Positions 10,880 through 22,861 of a DNA stretch of 64,000 nt are shown piece after piece; position 1 is the first letter of the stretch, and each line of letters starts with the position of its first letter. Source of the DNA: Myxococcota bacterium. Its GTDB lineage: Bacteria; Myxococcota_A; UBA9160; UBA4427. The notes under the pieces were generated by a model that saw only the letters and a program-made list of their open reading frames with translations, was not told where the DNA came from and did no database searches. The position numbers were made by a program, and so were the translations under genes. The stretch lies in assembly GCA_965250285.1 (NCBI GenBank), contig OZ252299.1, positions 2,336,001 to 2,400,000 on the forward strand, read 5' to 3'.

Positions 10880-12127
10880 GTGACTGCCGCAGCCCCCTCG
10901 CCTCTCGGCGCCGCCCTGATCGATCGCGCCGCCATCGATGCTCCGCATCCGTTGTTCAGCCGGCTGCGCGCGGTCGGCCCACTCGTTCGCGTGGGCGAGA
11001 CCGGGGTGCATGCCGTCACGACTTGGGCGGCGATCGAAGAAGCCCTGCATCGCGAAGACGACTTCTCGGCCAACCTGACCGGGGCGCTGATGCGCGGCCC
11101 CGACGGCGCGCCGACGGTGTTCGAGTTTCCCGAAGGCGCCGTGTCGGCCAACGTGATCGCGACGGCCGACGAGCCGGCCCACGGCGTACACCGAGGCCTC
11201 GTCCAGCCGCGGCTGTCGACGGGGCGCATCGCGGCCTTCGAGGCGCGGCTCCGTGCGTGGACACGGAGCGAGACGCTCGGCTGGCTCGACGCGGGCGACA
11301 GCGACTTCGTCCCCGTCGCCGAACGCGTCCCGGCCTTCGCGCTCGCCGAGATGCTGGGCCTGCCCGAGCAGGACATCGATGACTTTCGCAAATGGAGCAT
11401 GATCGGCGGCGACATCCTCGCCGGCGACCTGCAGATGCAGCGGCTGGTCGCCGTCGCCGAAGAAGCGTCGCGCATGGCCGACTATCTCGAGCATCACCTC
11501 GAGGTCGCCAAGCGCGCACCGATCGACGGCGCCGATGCGCCACTCTTGCACGCGCTCGCGCGCGGCGTCACGAGCGGCGCGATCGGGCAGGAGGAGGCGG
11601 TCGGCATCAGCGGCGTGCTCTTCGGCGCGGCCGGCGAATCGACCGCGGCGCTGATCGGTTCGACGGTCCGGATCCTCGCGGAGCGCCCCGACCTCGCCGA
11701 AGCGCTACGCGCCGACCCGGGCTTGATCTCGCGCTTCGTCGAAGAGGTGGTGCGCCTCGAGCCGCCATTCAAGTTTCACTACCGCGTCGTCCAGCGGGCG
11801 TGCGAGCTGGCGGGTACGAAGCTCGCCGCCGGTGACCGGCTGATGCTGATGTGGGCGTCGGCCAATCGCGACCCCGACGTCTTCGACGATCCCGATGCGC
11901 TGCGCCTCGACCGCCGACATCCGAAGGCGCACATGAGCTTCGGTCGCGGTCCGCACTTCTGCGTCGGCGCCACGCTCGCGCGACTCGAAGCCCGCGTCGT
12001 GATCGAGGAGCTCCTCGCAGCCACCCGATCGGTCACGCTCGATGGCGCCGATGCGCCCGTCTACGCCGGGAGCATCTTCGTGCGACGCCTCGAACGCCTG
12101 CCGCTGCGGACCGAACGCGCGACCTGA
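10880..12127 (+). CDS. Cytochrome P450
   Basis: AAGEST I-helix, EEVVR (ExxR), FGRGPHFCVG heme motif; GTG after GGAG. Confidence 0.93.
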   Translation: MTAAAPSPLGAALIDRAAIDAPHPLFSRLRAVGPLVRVGETGVHAVTTWAAIEEALHREDDFSANLTGALMRGPDGAPTVFEFPEGAVSANVIATADEPAHGVHRGLVQPRLSTGRIAAFEARLRAWTRSETLGWLDAGDSDFVPVAERVPAFALAEMLGLPEQDIDDFRKWSMIGGDILAGDLQMQRLVAVAEEASRMADYLEHHLEVAKRAPIDGADAPLLHALARGVTSGAIGQEEAVGISGVLFGAAGESTAALIGSTVRILAERPDLAEALRADPGLISRFVEEVVRLEPPFKFHYRVVQRACELAGTKLAAGDRLMLMWASANRDPDVFDDPDALRLDRRHPKAHMSFGRGPHFCVGATLARLEARVVIEELLAATRSVTLDGADAPVYAGSIFVRRLERLPLRTERAT

Positions 12128-12133
12128 GGCGCC

Positions 12134-12574
12134 CTATTCGGGGCGGGGCTCGGGCCCGAGCAGCGACGGATCGCCGTGCTGCATCTGCACGCGCGACACG
12201 CGCTGGACGCTGCGCCAACCGGCATCGGTCCGCCGCCACGCGTCTGCGTACTCGATGTAGACCTCGTACTGTTTGCCTTCATGCGCGCCGCGACCGTGGT
12301 GCATGACGCGGCAATAGCAGCGCGACGTCGCGCGGTCGCCGTCGAGCTCGATGCGGTAGTTGCCGAGCAGGTGCTGGCTCGGACCGCAGCCGCCGAGAAA
12401 CGACCGCACGTGCTCGCGGACGGCGTCGAGCGAAGTCGCCTGCCAGATCTCGAAGTCCATCTCGACGTCCTCCGTGAAGACGTCCGCGAGCCCCGGCCAG
12501 TCACGCGTGTCCAGGCACTCGGCGTAGCGATCGAGGGCGGCGATGATCTCGAATCGATCGTCTGCGGCGGTCAT
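12134..12574 (-). CDS. SnoaL-like / NTF2 family protein
   Basis: DRFEI..LDRYAECLDTRDW..L..VFTED, SQHLLGN, Y.D...RT..GW. Confidence 0.88.
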   Translation of the reverse strand: MTAADDRFEIIAALDRYAECLDTRDWPGLADVFTEDVEMDFEIWQATSLDAVREHVRSFLGGCGPSQHLLGNYRIELDGDRATSRCYCRVMHHGRGAHEGKQYEVYIEYADAWRRTDAGWRSVQRVSRVQMQHGDPSLLGPEPRPE

Positions 12575-12675
12575 CAGGCGGACCTCCCCGGGCGAAAAGG
12601 CCCGTTCGGTCGACTCTAGCGGCCCTGAGCGCTGTTTCGCGCGATCGCCTCCGATCGGATTGTGTCCGCGGTCAG

Positions 12676-12696
12676 TGAGTCCTATGTTCGAACTCA
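12676..12696. promoter_or_regulatory. Inverted repeat, candidate operator upstream of the molybdopterin oxidoreductase
   Basis: TGAGT-N11-ACTCA in an AT-richer divergent intergenic region. Confidence 0.5.
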
Positions 12697-12795
12697 GTGG
12701 GTTCGTCTTTCGAACCCCACTCGGGCGCCGAGGCCCGGGTCGAGCGCGCCCTCTCCGGGCTCTCCCGCGAGCCCAGCGAACACGAAGGAGCCGTC

Positions 12796-15057
<2,262 letters not shown>

Positions 15058-15174
15058 GGACGCGGCGCGCTGCGTCGTCGGAAGACCCCGGCGACGTGTG
15101 TGTGCCGCGGGCGAGAGGCGACCGGCCGGCGACCCGACGGGGCGCAGGCCGGCAGGAGAAGGTGGCGAGCCCCG

Positions 15175-15627
15175 ATGAGACGCACGCGCTTCGACGACGC
15201 GATCTGTCCGATCGCCCGCACCACCGACCTGCTCGGTGACTGGTGGACGCCGCTCGTGATGCGCGAGGCCTTCATCGGCCGGCGTCGCTTCGACGAGTTT
15301 CAGCAGGCTCTGCAGCTGAGCCGGGGCGTGCTGGCGCAGCGCCTCGGCCGACTCGTCGACGAGGGACTGCTCGAGAAACGGCTCTACGAGGAGCGGCCTC
15401 CCCGCCACGAGTACGTACTGACCGAGAAGGGGCGCGCGTTCTACCCGGTGCTGGCCGCGATGTGGCGATTCGGCGACGACTGGCTGTGGGCCGACGGCGA
15501 CGAGACGCCCCTCGAGCTGCGCGATCGCGAAACCGGCGAAGTGATTCGGCCCCTCGTGATCGACGAGCACTCGGGTCGACCGATCGACGTGCGGCGCATC
15601 CGGCTCGGCAAACGTTCGAGCGAATAG
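15175..15627 (+). CDS. HxlR family winged-helix transcriptional regulator
   Basis: CPIARTTDLLGDWWTPLVMRE..GRRRFDEFQ, RHEYVLTEKG. Confidence 0.92.
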   Translation: MRRTRFDDAICPIARTTDLLGDWWTPLVMREAFIGRRRFDEFQQALQLSRGVLAQRLGRLVDEGLLEKRLYEERPPRHEYVLTEKGRAFYPVLAAMWRFGDDWLWADGDETPLELRDRETGEVIRPLVIDEHSGRPIDVRRIRLGKRSSE

Positions 15628-15687
15628 GCCGACCCCGCGACGCGCGCGGCGCCGCGCACGCTCCCGACTCGCGCCCGCGGCCGCACG

Positions 15688-15867
15688 TCAGTCGCGGGTG
15701 CGGTCGGCCATCGGTGTCGCGCGTCAGTCGCGGGTGCGGTCGGCCATCGGTGTCGCGCGTCAGTCGCGGGTGCGGTCGGCCATCGGTGTCGCACGTCAGT
15801 CGCGGGTGCGGTCGGCCATCGGTGTCGCGCGTCAGTCGCGGGTGCGGTCGGCCATCGGTGTCGCGCG
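15688..15867. repeat. Tandem repeat, 5 x 36 bp, equal to the last 11 codons plus TGA of the sulfatase
   Basis: Unit tcagtcgcgggtgcggtcggccatcggtgtcgcgcg at 15688, 15724, 15760, 15796, 15832; one g>a variant at 15793. Confidence 0.97.
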
Positions 15868-17334
15868 TTCCTCGCCGCCGAACTCGTCGGGGTCGAAGAC
15901 GATGCGCCAGATCGGCAGGCTCACGTCTTCGCCCCGCGGCACGTCCGCGAGCGCGGTGCCGAGCGCATCGACGATCTCGGCGTGGCTCGCCGCCACGTCG
16001 CGTGTCTCCGTCGGATCCTTCACGACGTCGTACAGCTCGGTCTCACCCGACGTGCGCTGGACGAGCTTCCAGTCGCCCCGATAGAACGCCTCGCCGTCCT
16101 GTGAAATGGTCGCGTAGTCGGGCGCCGGCGCCGGCGACTCTCGCCCAGACAGCACATCGAGCCGGGCCTGCCCGTCGACGGCCTGGCCCTCGGGCAGGGG
16201 CACACCCGCGGCCTCGAGCACCGTGGGCATCACGTCGGTGATCGTGACCCGGGCGTCGACGCGACCGGCCGGAATGTGCCCGGGCCAGGCCACGACGGCG
16301 GGGACGCGGACACCGCCCTCGTAGACCGACTGCTTGCCGGCCCGAAACGGGCGGTTGTCGGCGGCGCCCTCTTCGATGTTCATCTTGAGAAAGCGCAGGA
16401 TCCGGGTGGGCGGTGGATCGCCGAGCCAGCGCTGGGCAAGTGACAGGATGTCCTTGTAGGGCTCGGGCGCGACGTCGGGGTTCAACCCACCGTTGTCGCT
16501 CGTGAACCAGACGAGGGTGTCATCGGTCATGCCAGCGGCCTCGAGGGCCGCGACGACGCGCGCAATGCCCGCATCCATCTCGCTCACCATCGCGGCGTGC
16601 GCGCGCCGATGGGGATTCTCGATGTGGGCGTAGCGGTCGAGCGCCTCGCTCGGGGCCTCGTTCGGCAGATGGGGCGCGTTGAAGGCGACATACAGGAAGA
16701 GCGGTCGCGTCGGGTCACGCTCGGCGATCACGCGCTCGGCTTCAGCGGCGATCAGGTGTGTCGTGTAACCGTCTTCTCTCACCGTGACGCCGTCACGCTG
16801 CCAGTCGTAGCCGCCGCCGTGCACGTGATCCCAATACCCGACGCCGCCGCTGACGTGTCCGTAGAAGCTGTCGAAGCCGCGTGCGTTCGGGTGATGCGGG
16901 CGCTTCAGGTAGCCGAGGTGCCACTTGCCAGCGAGCGCCGTCTGGTAGCCGGCATCGCGCAGCAGCTCGGGCAGCAGTCGGCGATCGAGTGGCAGGCCCG
17001 TCGGATTGTTCTTCGACAGCGGACGCAGCACCCCGAGCCGCATGGCGAACTGCCCTGTCAACAGAGAAGCGCGGGTCGGGCTGCAGCTGGGGTTCACATA
17101 GAAGCGGTCGAGCTCGGCCCCGCGAGCGACGAGCGCATCGAGCGCGGGCGTCTCGATCTCGCTGCCGTGGTGCGCGACGTCGTTCCAGCCGAGATCGTCG
17201 GCAACGATCACGACGACATGGGGCGGTCGACCGACTGCCTCGTCACCGAAGGCGGGCGAGGCCAGGATCGATGCCGTGAGGATCGCGTGCGAGACGAGGA
17301 TCAACGCCGAAGGGAACGCGAGTCGCAGGAGCAT
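15832..17334 (-). CDS. Arylsulfatase (formylglycine-dependent, secreted)
   Basis: Signal peptide; ADDLGWND, CSPTRASLLTG (CxPxR), GKWHLG, SDNGG, YEGGVRVP. Confidence 0.95.
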   Translation of the reverse strand: MLLRLAFPSALILVSHAILTASILASPAFGDEAVGRPPHVVVIVADDLGWNDVAHHGSEIETPALDALVARGAELDRFYVNPSCSPTRASLLTGQFAMRLGVLRPLSKNNPTGLPLDRRLLPELLRDAGYQTALAGKWHLGYLKRPHHPNARGFDSFYGHVSGGVGYWDHVHGGGYDWQRDGVTVREDGYTTHLIAAEAERVIAERDPTRPLFLYVAFNAPHLPNEAPSEALDRYAHIENPHRRAHAAMVSEMDAGIARVVAALEAAGMTDDTLVWFTSDNGGLNPDVAPEPYKDILSLAQRWLGDPPPTRILRFLKMNIEEGAADNRPFRAGKQSVYEGGVRVPAVVAWPGHIPAGRVDARVTITDVMPTVLEAAGVPLPEGQAVDGQARLDVLSGRESPAPAPDYATISQDGEAFYRGDWKLVQRTSGETELYDVVKDPTETRDVAASHAEIVDALGTALADVPRGEDVSLPIWRIVFDPDEFGGEERATPMADRTRD

Positions 17335-17501
17335 GTTCGAGCGGGCCGCCGAGGATCCGAGCCGCGCGCAGGAGGCGAGCGGCCACGGGCACCGTAGCCC
17401 ACGCCGGAGCGCGATGGGCGCCGGCGGCGCGACACCGGGCGCTGCCCCAGGCGAGACCGACTATGCTCCCGCCGTCGTCTCATCCACCGGAGGAACACCG
17501 C

Positions 17502-17924
17502 TTGTCCACGACGCCCGAAGCCGCGATCCGCTCGATCATCTCGACCTATGCCCAGGCTGTGACCGCCCGAGACGACACGATGTGGGCTTCGACCTGGTCC
17601 GAGAGCGGGGTGTGGGAGCTGATGGGGACCGTTTCGGAGGGCCGCGATGCGGCCGTCGCGTTCTTGAATGGCGTGATGGGTGGGATCGCCTTCGTCTACC
17701 AGCTGCCGGGTGAAGCTTCGATCGAGGTCGATGCATCGGGCGAGCGCGCCACCGGCCGCGTCCCGACCGTCGAGTTCGCCAAGTTTCCCGACGGATCGGG
17801 CACGCTCCTGCTCGGCACCTATCACGACGTCTACGTGCACGAGAACGGTCACTGGCTCTTCGGTGAGCGCCGCATGAAGATCCAGTACATGGGCCCGCCC
17901 GACCTGAGCGGAACACCGAGCTGA
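17502..17924 (+). CDS. SnoaL-like / NTF2 family protein
   Basis: AIRSII..YAQAV, GTYHDVY...GHWLF..R; TTG after GGAGGA. Confidence 0.8.
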   Translation: MSTTPEAAIRSIISTYAQAVTARDDTMWASTWSESGVWELMGTVSEGRDAAVAFLNGVMGGIAFVYQLPGEASIEVDASGERATGRVPTVEFAKFPDGSGTLLLGTYHDVYVHENGHWLFGERRMKIQYMGPPDLSGTPS

Positions 17925-18094
17925 GCACAGCGCCATCGGACGAAGTGGCCGTGCGCGTCTGATTCGGGTCGCGACACGGCCCTGCGGCGCTCTGGGCGGG
18001 CCGCGCGCAGCGCGAGGGCGCGCGTGCTACACCCCTTGGACTCGATCCGACCCCATCGCGGCCCCGCGCCCGCCGCCTGGATACGGGAGCCTCC

Positions 18095-19555
18095 ATGCAG
18101 CACTTCGACGTCATCATCGTGGGCGCCGGCCTGTCGGGCATCGGCGCAGCGGTTCACCTGCAGCAGCTCTGCCCCGGCAAGACCTTCGCGCTCATCGAGA
18201 GCCGATCGTCGGTGGGCGGAACGTGGGATCTCTACCGCTACCCGGGCATTCGATCCGACAGCGACATGCACACGCTCGGCTACGACTTCAAGCCGTGGGT
18301 GGCCGAGAAGTCGATCGCGGACGGGCCCTCGATCCTCGACTACGTGAACGAGACGGCCGACGAGTACGACGTCCGCGACCACATCCTCTTCAATCGCAAG
18401 CTTGCGCACGCCGCCTGGTCGAGCGAAGACGACCGCTGGACGCTCGAGCTCGACCGCACCGATGATGAAGGCGGCTCCGAACGGGTGAGCGCGAACTTCC
18501 TGCTCATGTGCAGCGGCTACTACAGCTACGACGAGCCGTACCGACCCACCTTCGAAGGCGAAGAAGACTTCGAGGGCCCGATGTTCCACCCCCAGAGCTG
18601 GCCGCAGGATCTCGACTACGCGGGCAAGCGGGTCGTGGTGATCGGCAGTGGAGCAACCGCGGTCACCGTCGTGCCCGCCATGGCGAAGACAGCCGAGCAC
18701 GTCACGATGCTCCAGCGCTCACCGACCTATGTCGCCTCGGGCCCGGACGTCGACGTCATCGCGAACTTCTTGCGAAAGATCCTGCCCGACAAGGTCGCCT
18801 ACGCGATCACGCGCTGGAAGAACGTGCAGTTCCAGAAGCGCATCTACGAGCGAACGCGCACCCAGCCCGAGAAGGTGCGCGAGTTCCTCCTCAAGCGTGT
18901 ACGCAAGGCGGTCGGTGAGGACGTCACCCGCGATCACTTCACGCCCCGCTACGACCCCTGGGATCAGCGCCTCTGCCTGATCCCGAACGGCGACCTCTTC
19001 GACTCGATCAATGCCGGCGAGGCGTCGGTCGTGACCGATCAGATCGACCGCATCACGAAGCGCGGGATCCGGCTCCAGTCGGGTCAGGAGCTCGATGCCG
19101 ACGTGATCGTCGTCGCCACCGGACTGAACCTCGAGCTGCTCGGCGGCGCGACGTTCGAGGTCGATGGCAAGGCGATCGACTTCCCAGAGACCTGGTCCTA
19201 CAAGGGGATGATGTACTCCGACATCCCGAACCTGGTTCAGACCTTCGGGTACATCAACGCGTCGTGGACTCTGCGCGCCGATCTCACCGCCGAGTACACC
19301 TGCCGAGTGCTCAACCGCATGGACGAGCTCGGCGTGCATCGCGTGGCGCCTCGACTTCGGCCCGAAGACCAGAACATGACCGCGCGGCCCTGGATCGACG
19401 ACTTCACGGCCGGCTACATGCAGCGCAAGATGCACCTGTTCCCGAAGCAGGGGGATCACGAGCCCTGGCTCAACACCCAGAGCTATGCGGCGGACAAGAA
19501 GATGGTGCGTGAGGCTCCGATCGAAGACGGCGTGCTCCAGTTCGAGCGCGCCTAG
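18095..19555 (+). CDS. Flavin-containing Baeyer-Villiger monooxygenase (EthA-like)
   Basis: GAGLSG, GGTWDLYRYPGIRSDSD, FEGPMFHPQSWP fingerprint, GSGATA, GYINASWTL. Confidence 0.94.
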   Translation: MQHFDVIIVGAGLSGIGAAVHLQQLCPGKTFALIESRSSVGGTWDLYRYPGIRSDSDMHTLGYDFKPWVAEKSIADGPSILDYVNETADEYDVRDHILFNRKLAHAAWSSEDDRWTLELDRTDDEGGSERVSANFLLMCSGYYSYDEPYRPTFEGEEDFEGPMFHPQSWPQDLDYAGKRVVVIGSGATAVTVVPAMAKTAEHVTMLQRSPTYVASGPDVDVIANFLRKILPDKVAYAITRWKNVQFQKRIYERTRTQPEKVREFLLKRVRKAVGEDVTRDHFTPRYDPWDQRLCLIPNGDLFDSINAGEASVVTDQIDRITKRGIRLQSGQELDADVIVVATGLNLELLGGATFEVDGKAIDFPETWSYKGMMYSDIPNLVQTFGYINASWTLRADLTAEYTCRVLNRMDELGVHRVAPRLRPEDQNMTARPWIDDFTAGYMQRKMHLFPKQGDHEPWLNTQSYAADKKMVREAPIEDGVLQFERA

Positions 19556-19870
19556 GGAACCTCTGCCCAGTCCGCCGTGCCAGGGACGGGGCAGGCCGGG
19601 GCACCGTGCTCAGACATTCTCGGCGCGACCCGCCTGTAGAGCTCGGATGTTGCGCACGTCGCGCCTGCGAACTGCGCGCGGTACCCCCGCCTGCCGCGAC
19701 CTCGGGACGCTTCCGTCACAGCGCAGGACGCGCTGCCAGGAAGCGCTCACGACGCGTCGCCTTGCCCTTCAGCTTCCAAGCCGCGCCTGCGAACGTCTGC
19801 TGATCAGCCATCGAGTTCACCCCCCAGAGCTGCTCTGACAAGCGTGGGGCGAGTTCTGCGGGGCATCCCC
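19556..19870 (-). mobile_element. Internally deleted IS5-family (IS5 subgroup) remnant; left boundary approximate
   Basis: CTAG at 19552-19555 followed by GGAACCTCTG, an IS5-like terminal sequence; minus strand carries an IS5 transposase N-terminus. Confidence 0.62.
19716..19811 (-). pseudogene. Truncated IS5-family transposase fragment
   Basis: MADQQTFAGAAWKLKGKATRRERFLA matches the IS5-subgroup N-terminal pattern QxTFA...K.K.TRRE.FL; stops after 31 aa. Confidence 0.72.
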
Positions 19871-20104
19871 AACCCCGGCATCGATCGATCGCAGCGCCTC
19901 GGCCGGCGCCGTGGCGCTCGCCCCGCACGCGCATCCCATGCGCAGCGGCGGTGCAAGCCATGCGCATGCCCACCCCATCGCGTTCAAGTTGCGGCGCCGG
20001 TCGTTCGTTCATGAAGGACCGGCGCCAGAGCCCCTCCCCTCGGTGTGCCCCGATTGGGTCGCCGAGCGTCGAGGAGGGGCGCGGCGCCCGATCGGGAGCT
20101 CCGC

Positions 20105-21757
20105 ATGGGCAACGCCGCCCTCGAAGAACGCCTTCGCCGGTTCACCGGCCTGACCGCCGCGCAGCGCGCCCTGTCGCGCTCGATCCACCCCGCTGAGCTC
20201 GCGCCGCTCCACGAGCAGAGCCGCGCTCTGCTGATCGAGCTGCGCGACCTCGCGGGCCGTTCGCAGAGCGGAGCCGCGCCGGCCAGCGTCGTCGAGCACA
20301 TCGATCAGGCACTGGTCGAACAGAGTGAGCGCACGCGGGCCTTCGTCGATCAGATCGACATGCGTCAGCTCCGAGCAACGATTCCGATGATCGCGCACCA
20401 GCATCCCGACGAGGTCGGCGGCCTCGTCGATCTGCTGCTCGGCGGTGACCTCGAATCGGACAAGAACCTCCGCATGCTCGAGTACCTGATCACGTTGCTG
20501 TGCGCCGAAGAGGTGTCCGGGCGGCGGCACGTTCGCCAGAATCCCGCCGAGGTCACCGCTCAGCTGAAGACGGTCTGTGACGCGCAGCGCAGCGCTGCCG
20601 GCTCCGATTGGATCCTGGCCGAGCGCATGCTCGAGCAGTCCACGGCCAAGGTGATGCAGGGCGCCGACGTGGGCCAGATCCGCGACCGGGCTCGGCAGTG
20701 CAAGGAGGAGTTCGGCGGGCAGCTTCTCCACCCGAGCGTGCTGATGGCGTCGGTCAAGTACAACGTCGCGATGTGGAACCAGCTCGCGGCCGAGATCGAC
20801 AGCAGCCGCTCGATCGAAGAGCTCGCGTCGGACCTGCTCTTGAACGACGTCGGCGAGATGCCGGTGCCGCTCCCGGGCAGCACGGGCGCGTCGCTCCTCG
20901 ACTCGCGGGATTTCGGCCAGCTGCTGGAGACGTTCAGCGCACGCATGCGCGGCGAGCCGGCGGGCACGGGTCGGTTCGACCGCCTCGTCGATCGACTCGC
21001 CCTCGACCGGATCCCGCCGCGCTACGCCGAAGACTTCGCCGAGACCGAGCCCGACACCGTGACACTCCACGTGCGGGCCGCGATCCTGATGGGCCGCGTC
21101 CTCGATGGGTTGCCTTCGACGAGCGACGCGTTGACCGTCGCCGGCTTCGATGCCGAAGAGTTCACGACCACGACCTATGACGAGCTGGTCGCGCGAATGA
21201 CCGAGCTCGGTCGCAAGCTCTTCGCGTCGAGTGACGATGCGCAGGCATTCCGTCTGTCGGACGTCAAGACCCATCACCTGACCCAGCATCGAGCCGCGCG
21301 CGACGAGGCCGCGGGCCAGACCGATGAACGGGCACACAGACGACGTCGAACCGACGAATCATCGACCGGCCTCGCTGGCTGGTTCGCTCCACTCACTCAA
21401 CTGATGCCGAGCGGTTCGGGCTGGGTCGCCCTGCTCGCCCTCGTCCCGCTGTCGCTGTTGATCTTCTCGCCCGGCCTCATCGATCACGGCAAGATCGAGA
21501 CGGCCTCGCTCCAACGCATCTCACCCTTCCTGACGTCGGTGCACGTACAGGGCGACGACCAGCGTCCACACTTCGTGGCCCGGGTGGCCGAGACCTGGGC
21601 TTACCTCGGCGACGAAGCACGCAGCTCGGCTTCGACCGAGATCGCGACCGGGCTCGAAGGCCTCGGCGCCGTGCAGGTCACGCTGGTCGACCCGCGCGGC
21701 GTGATCGTCATGCGCTGGGACGACGGGACGATCCAGATGCTGGCGCCGCGCATCTAG
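20105..21757 (+). CDS. Hypothetical protein, helical, single C-proximal TM segment
   Basis: Long ORF with natural composition; ATG after GGGAG; TM WVALLALVPLSLLIF; no family recognised. Confidence 0.8.
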   Translation: MGNAALEERLRRFTGLTAAQRALSRSIHPAELAPLHEQSRALLIELRDLAGRSQSGAAPASVVEHIDQALVEQSERTRAFVDQIDMRQLRATIPMIAHQHPDEVGGLVDLLLGGDLESDKNLRMLEYLITLLCAEEVSGRRHVRQNPAEVTAQLKTVCDAQRSAAGSDWILAERMLEQSTAKVMQGADVGQIRDRARQCKEEFGGQLLHPSVLMASVKYNVAMWNQLAAEIDSSRSIEELASDLLLNDVGEMPVPLPGSTGASLLDSRDFGQLLETFSARMRGEPAGTGRFDRLVDRLALDRIPPRYAEDFAETEPDTVTLHVRAAILMGRVLDGLPSTSDALTVAGFDAEEFTTTTYDELVARMTELGRKLFASSDDAQAFRLSDVKTHHLTQHRAARDEAAGQTDERAHRRRRTDESSTGLAGWFAPLTQLMPSGSGWVALLALVPLSLLIFSPGLIDHGKIETASLQRISPFLTSVHVQGDDQRPHFVARVAETWAYLGDEARSSASTEIATGLEGLGAVQVTLVDPRGVIVMRWDDGTIQMLAPRI

Positions 21758-21787
21758 GCCCTCGGCGACGCGCGCCGCGCGGCCTCA

Positions 21788-22417
21788 TCACGCGCTGCGT
21801 CCGCGTACCGACGACGCCACTCGATCCCGGGCGAGTGGGTCCGCTGCAGAGGGCGCCCCGCCCTGTCGATCGAGCGCGATCGCGCAGAGCCCATCCGACT
21901 CGATGCGAAGCGGCCCACCGAAGAGGTTGTAGAAGTTCTCGGCGGCGTTGACGAATGTGATCTCGACGATCTCGCGCTCACCAAAGTGCTTCTGCAGTCG
22001 AGCAAAGGTCTCGTCGGTGACCTGGCAGCGGCGCGTCGCCTCCGACACGAAGTCGAGTGCTGCGCGCTCGCGCTCGTCGAAGAGCGGGTGCGTCGAGTAC
22101 TCGGGCAGCGCGTGCAGCTTCTCGAGTCCGACACCCGAGTCGATGGCCATCGCTTCGGCCATGTCGAGACAGAAGCCACAGCCGTTGAGGGCCGATGCCT
22201 GCGCCGTCAGCAGGAGCCGCAGCTCGGGGTCAATGCTCAGATCTCTCTCCATGATGCGCGACATCGAATACGACAGACGCGTGAGCGCCGGCACGCGCGC
22301 GTACGCGACCTTCATCGGGGTCATCACCTTGCCGAGCATTCGCCTCGACATCGCATAGGCGATCTTCATCATCAGGCCCTTCGGTACCTCGATCGGATCG
22401 AGTCGGGGCTCGGTCAT
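21788..22417 (-). CDS. Carboxymuconolactone decarboxylase / AhpD-like protein
   Basis: ASALNGCGFCLDM (CxxC), FDERERAAL, F.EREIVEI; ATGA overlap with upstream gene. Confidence 0.9.
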   Translation of the reverse strand: MTEPRLDPIEVPKGLMMKIAYAMSRRMLGKVMTPMKVAYARVPALTRLSYSMSRIMERDLSIDPELRLLLTAQASALNGCGFCLDMAEAMAIDSGVGLEKLHALPEYSTHPLFDERERAALDFVSEATRRCQVTDETFARLQKHFGEREIVEITFVNAAENFYNLFGGPLRIESDGLCAIALDRQGGAPSAADPLARDRVASSVRGRSA

Positions 22418-22839
22418 CGTGCGTCTCCTTCGTGGTCGGGCGCGTCGGTGGCTCTCAGCTGCGAGAACGCCGCAGCCGAAATGAGCAGCGCGGGCAGATA
22501 GACGCCCCACGCATCGAGCAGCAGGTGGTCCGATTCGAGCAGACCCCGTGCGACATCGTGGATGTGCAGCGCGGCGTGGGCGATATAGAAGCCCGCCGTC
22601 GTGACCACGAGCGGCTTGCGCCAACAGGGCTCGCGCCACGCCCAGAACAGGGCAGCCGAAAACGTCAGGAATGCGCAGCCGATGTCGCGGACGAAGTGGG
22701 CGTTGAGGGGCCCCGTATCGGGCACGCCGGCGGGCAGGTGGTGATACCAGTGCGCTGGGTCGACGAGCATCCAGACGCCGTTCAGCGCACCCCCCAGCGC
22801 GAGGAACAGCAGAACCCAGCCCCACAGATCGCGTGTCAT
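22414..22839 (-). CDS. Small four-TM membrane protein, His-rich
   Basis: Hydrophobic helices; NAHFVRDIG and HAALH motifs; GGAG RBS. Confidence 0.82.
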   Translation of the reverse strand: MTRDLWGWVLLFLALGGALNGVWMLVDPAHWYHHLPAGVPDTGPLNAHFVRDIGCAFLTFSAALFWAWREPCWRKPLVVTTAGFYIAHAALHIHDVARGLLESDHLLLDAWGVYLPALLISAAAFSQLRATDAPDHEGDAR

Positions 22840-22861
22840 CGTTCTGCTCCCGCTCGACGCA

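Noticed and set aside
15688..15834. Poly-selenocysteine tail by readthrough of five in-frame TGAs
   Set aside because: No SECIS-like hairpin or Cys-motif context seen; simple duplication of the stop codon explains it
15688..15867. CRISPR array (36-bp repeats)
   Set aside because: Repeats are contiguous with no spacers, copy a gene end, and no cas genes are present
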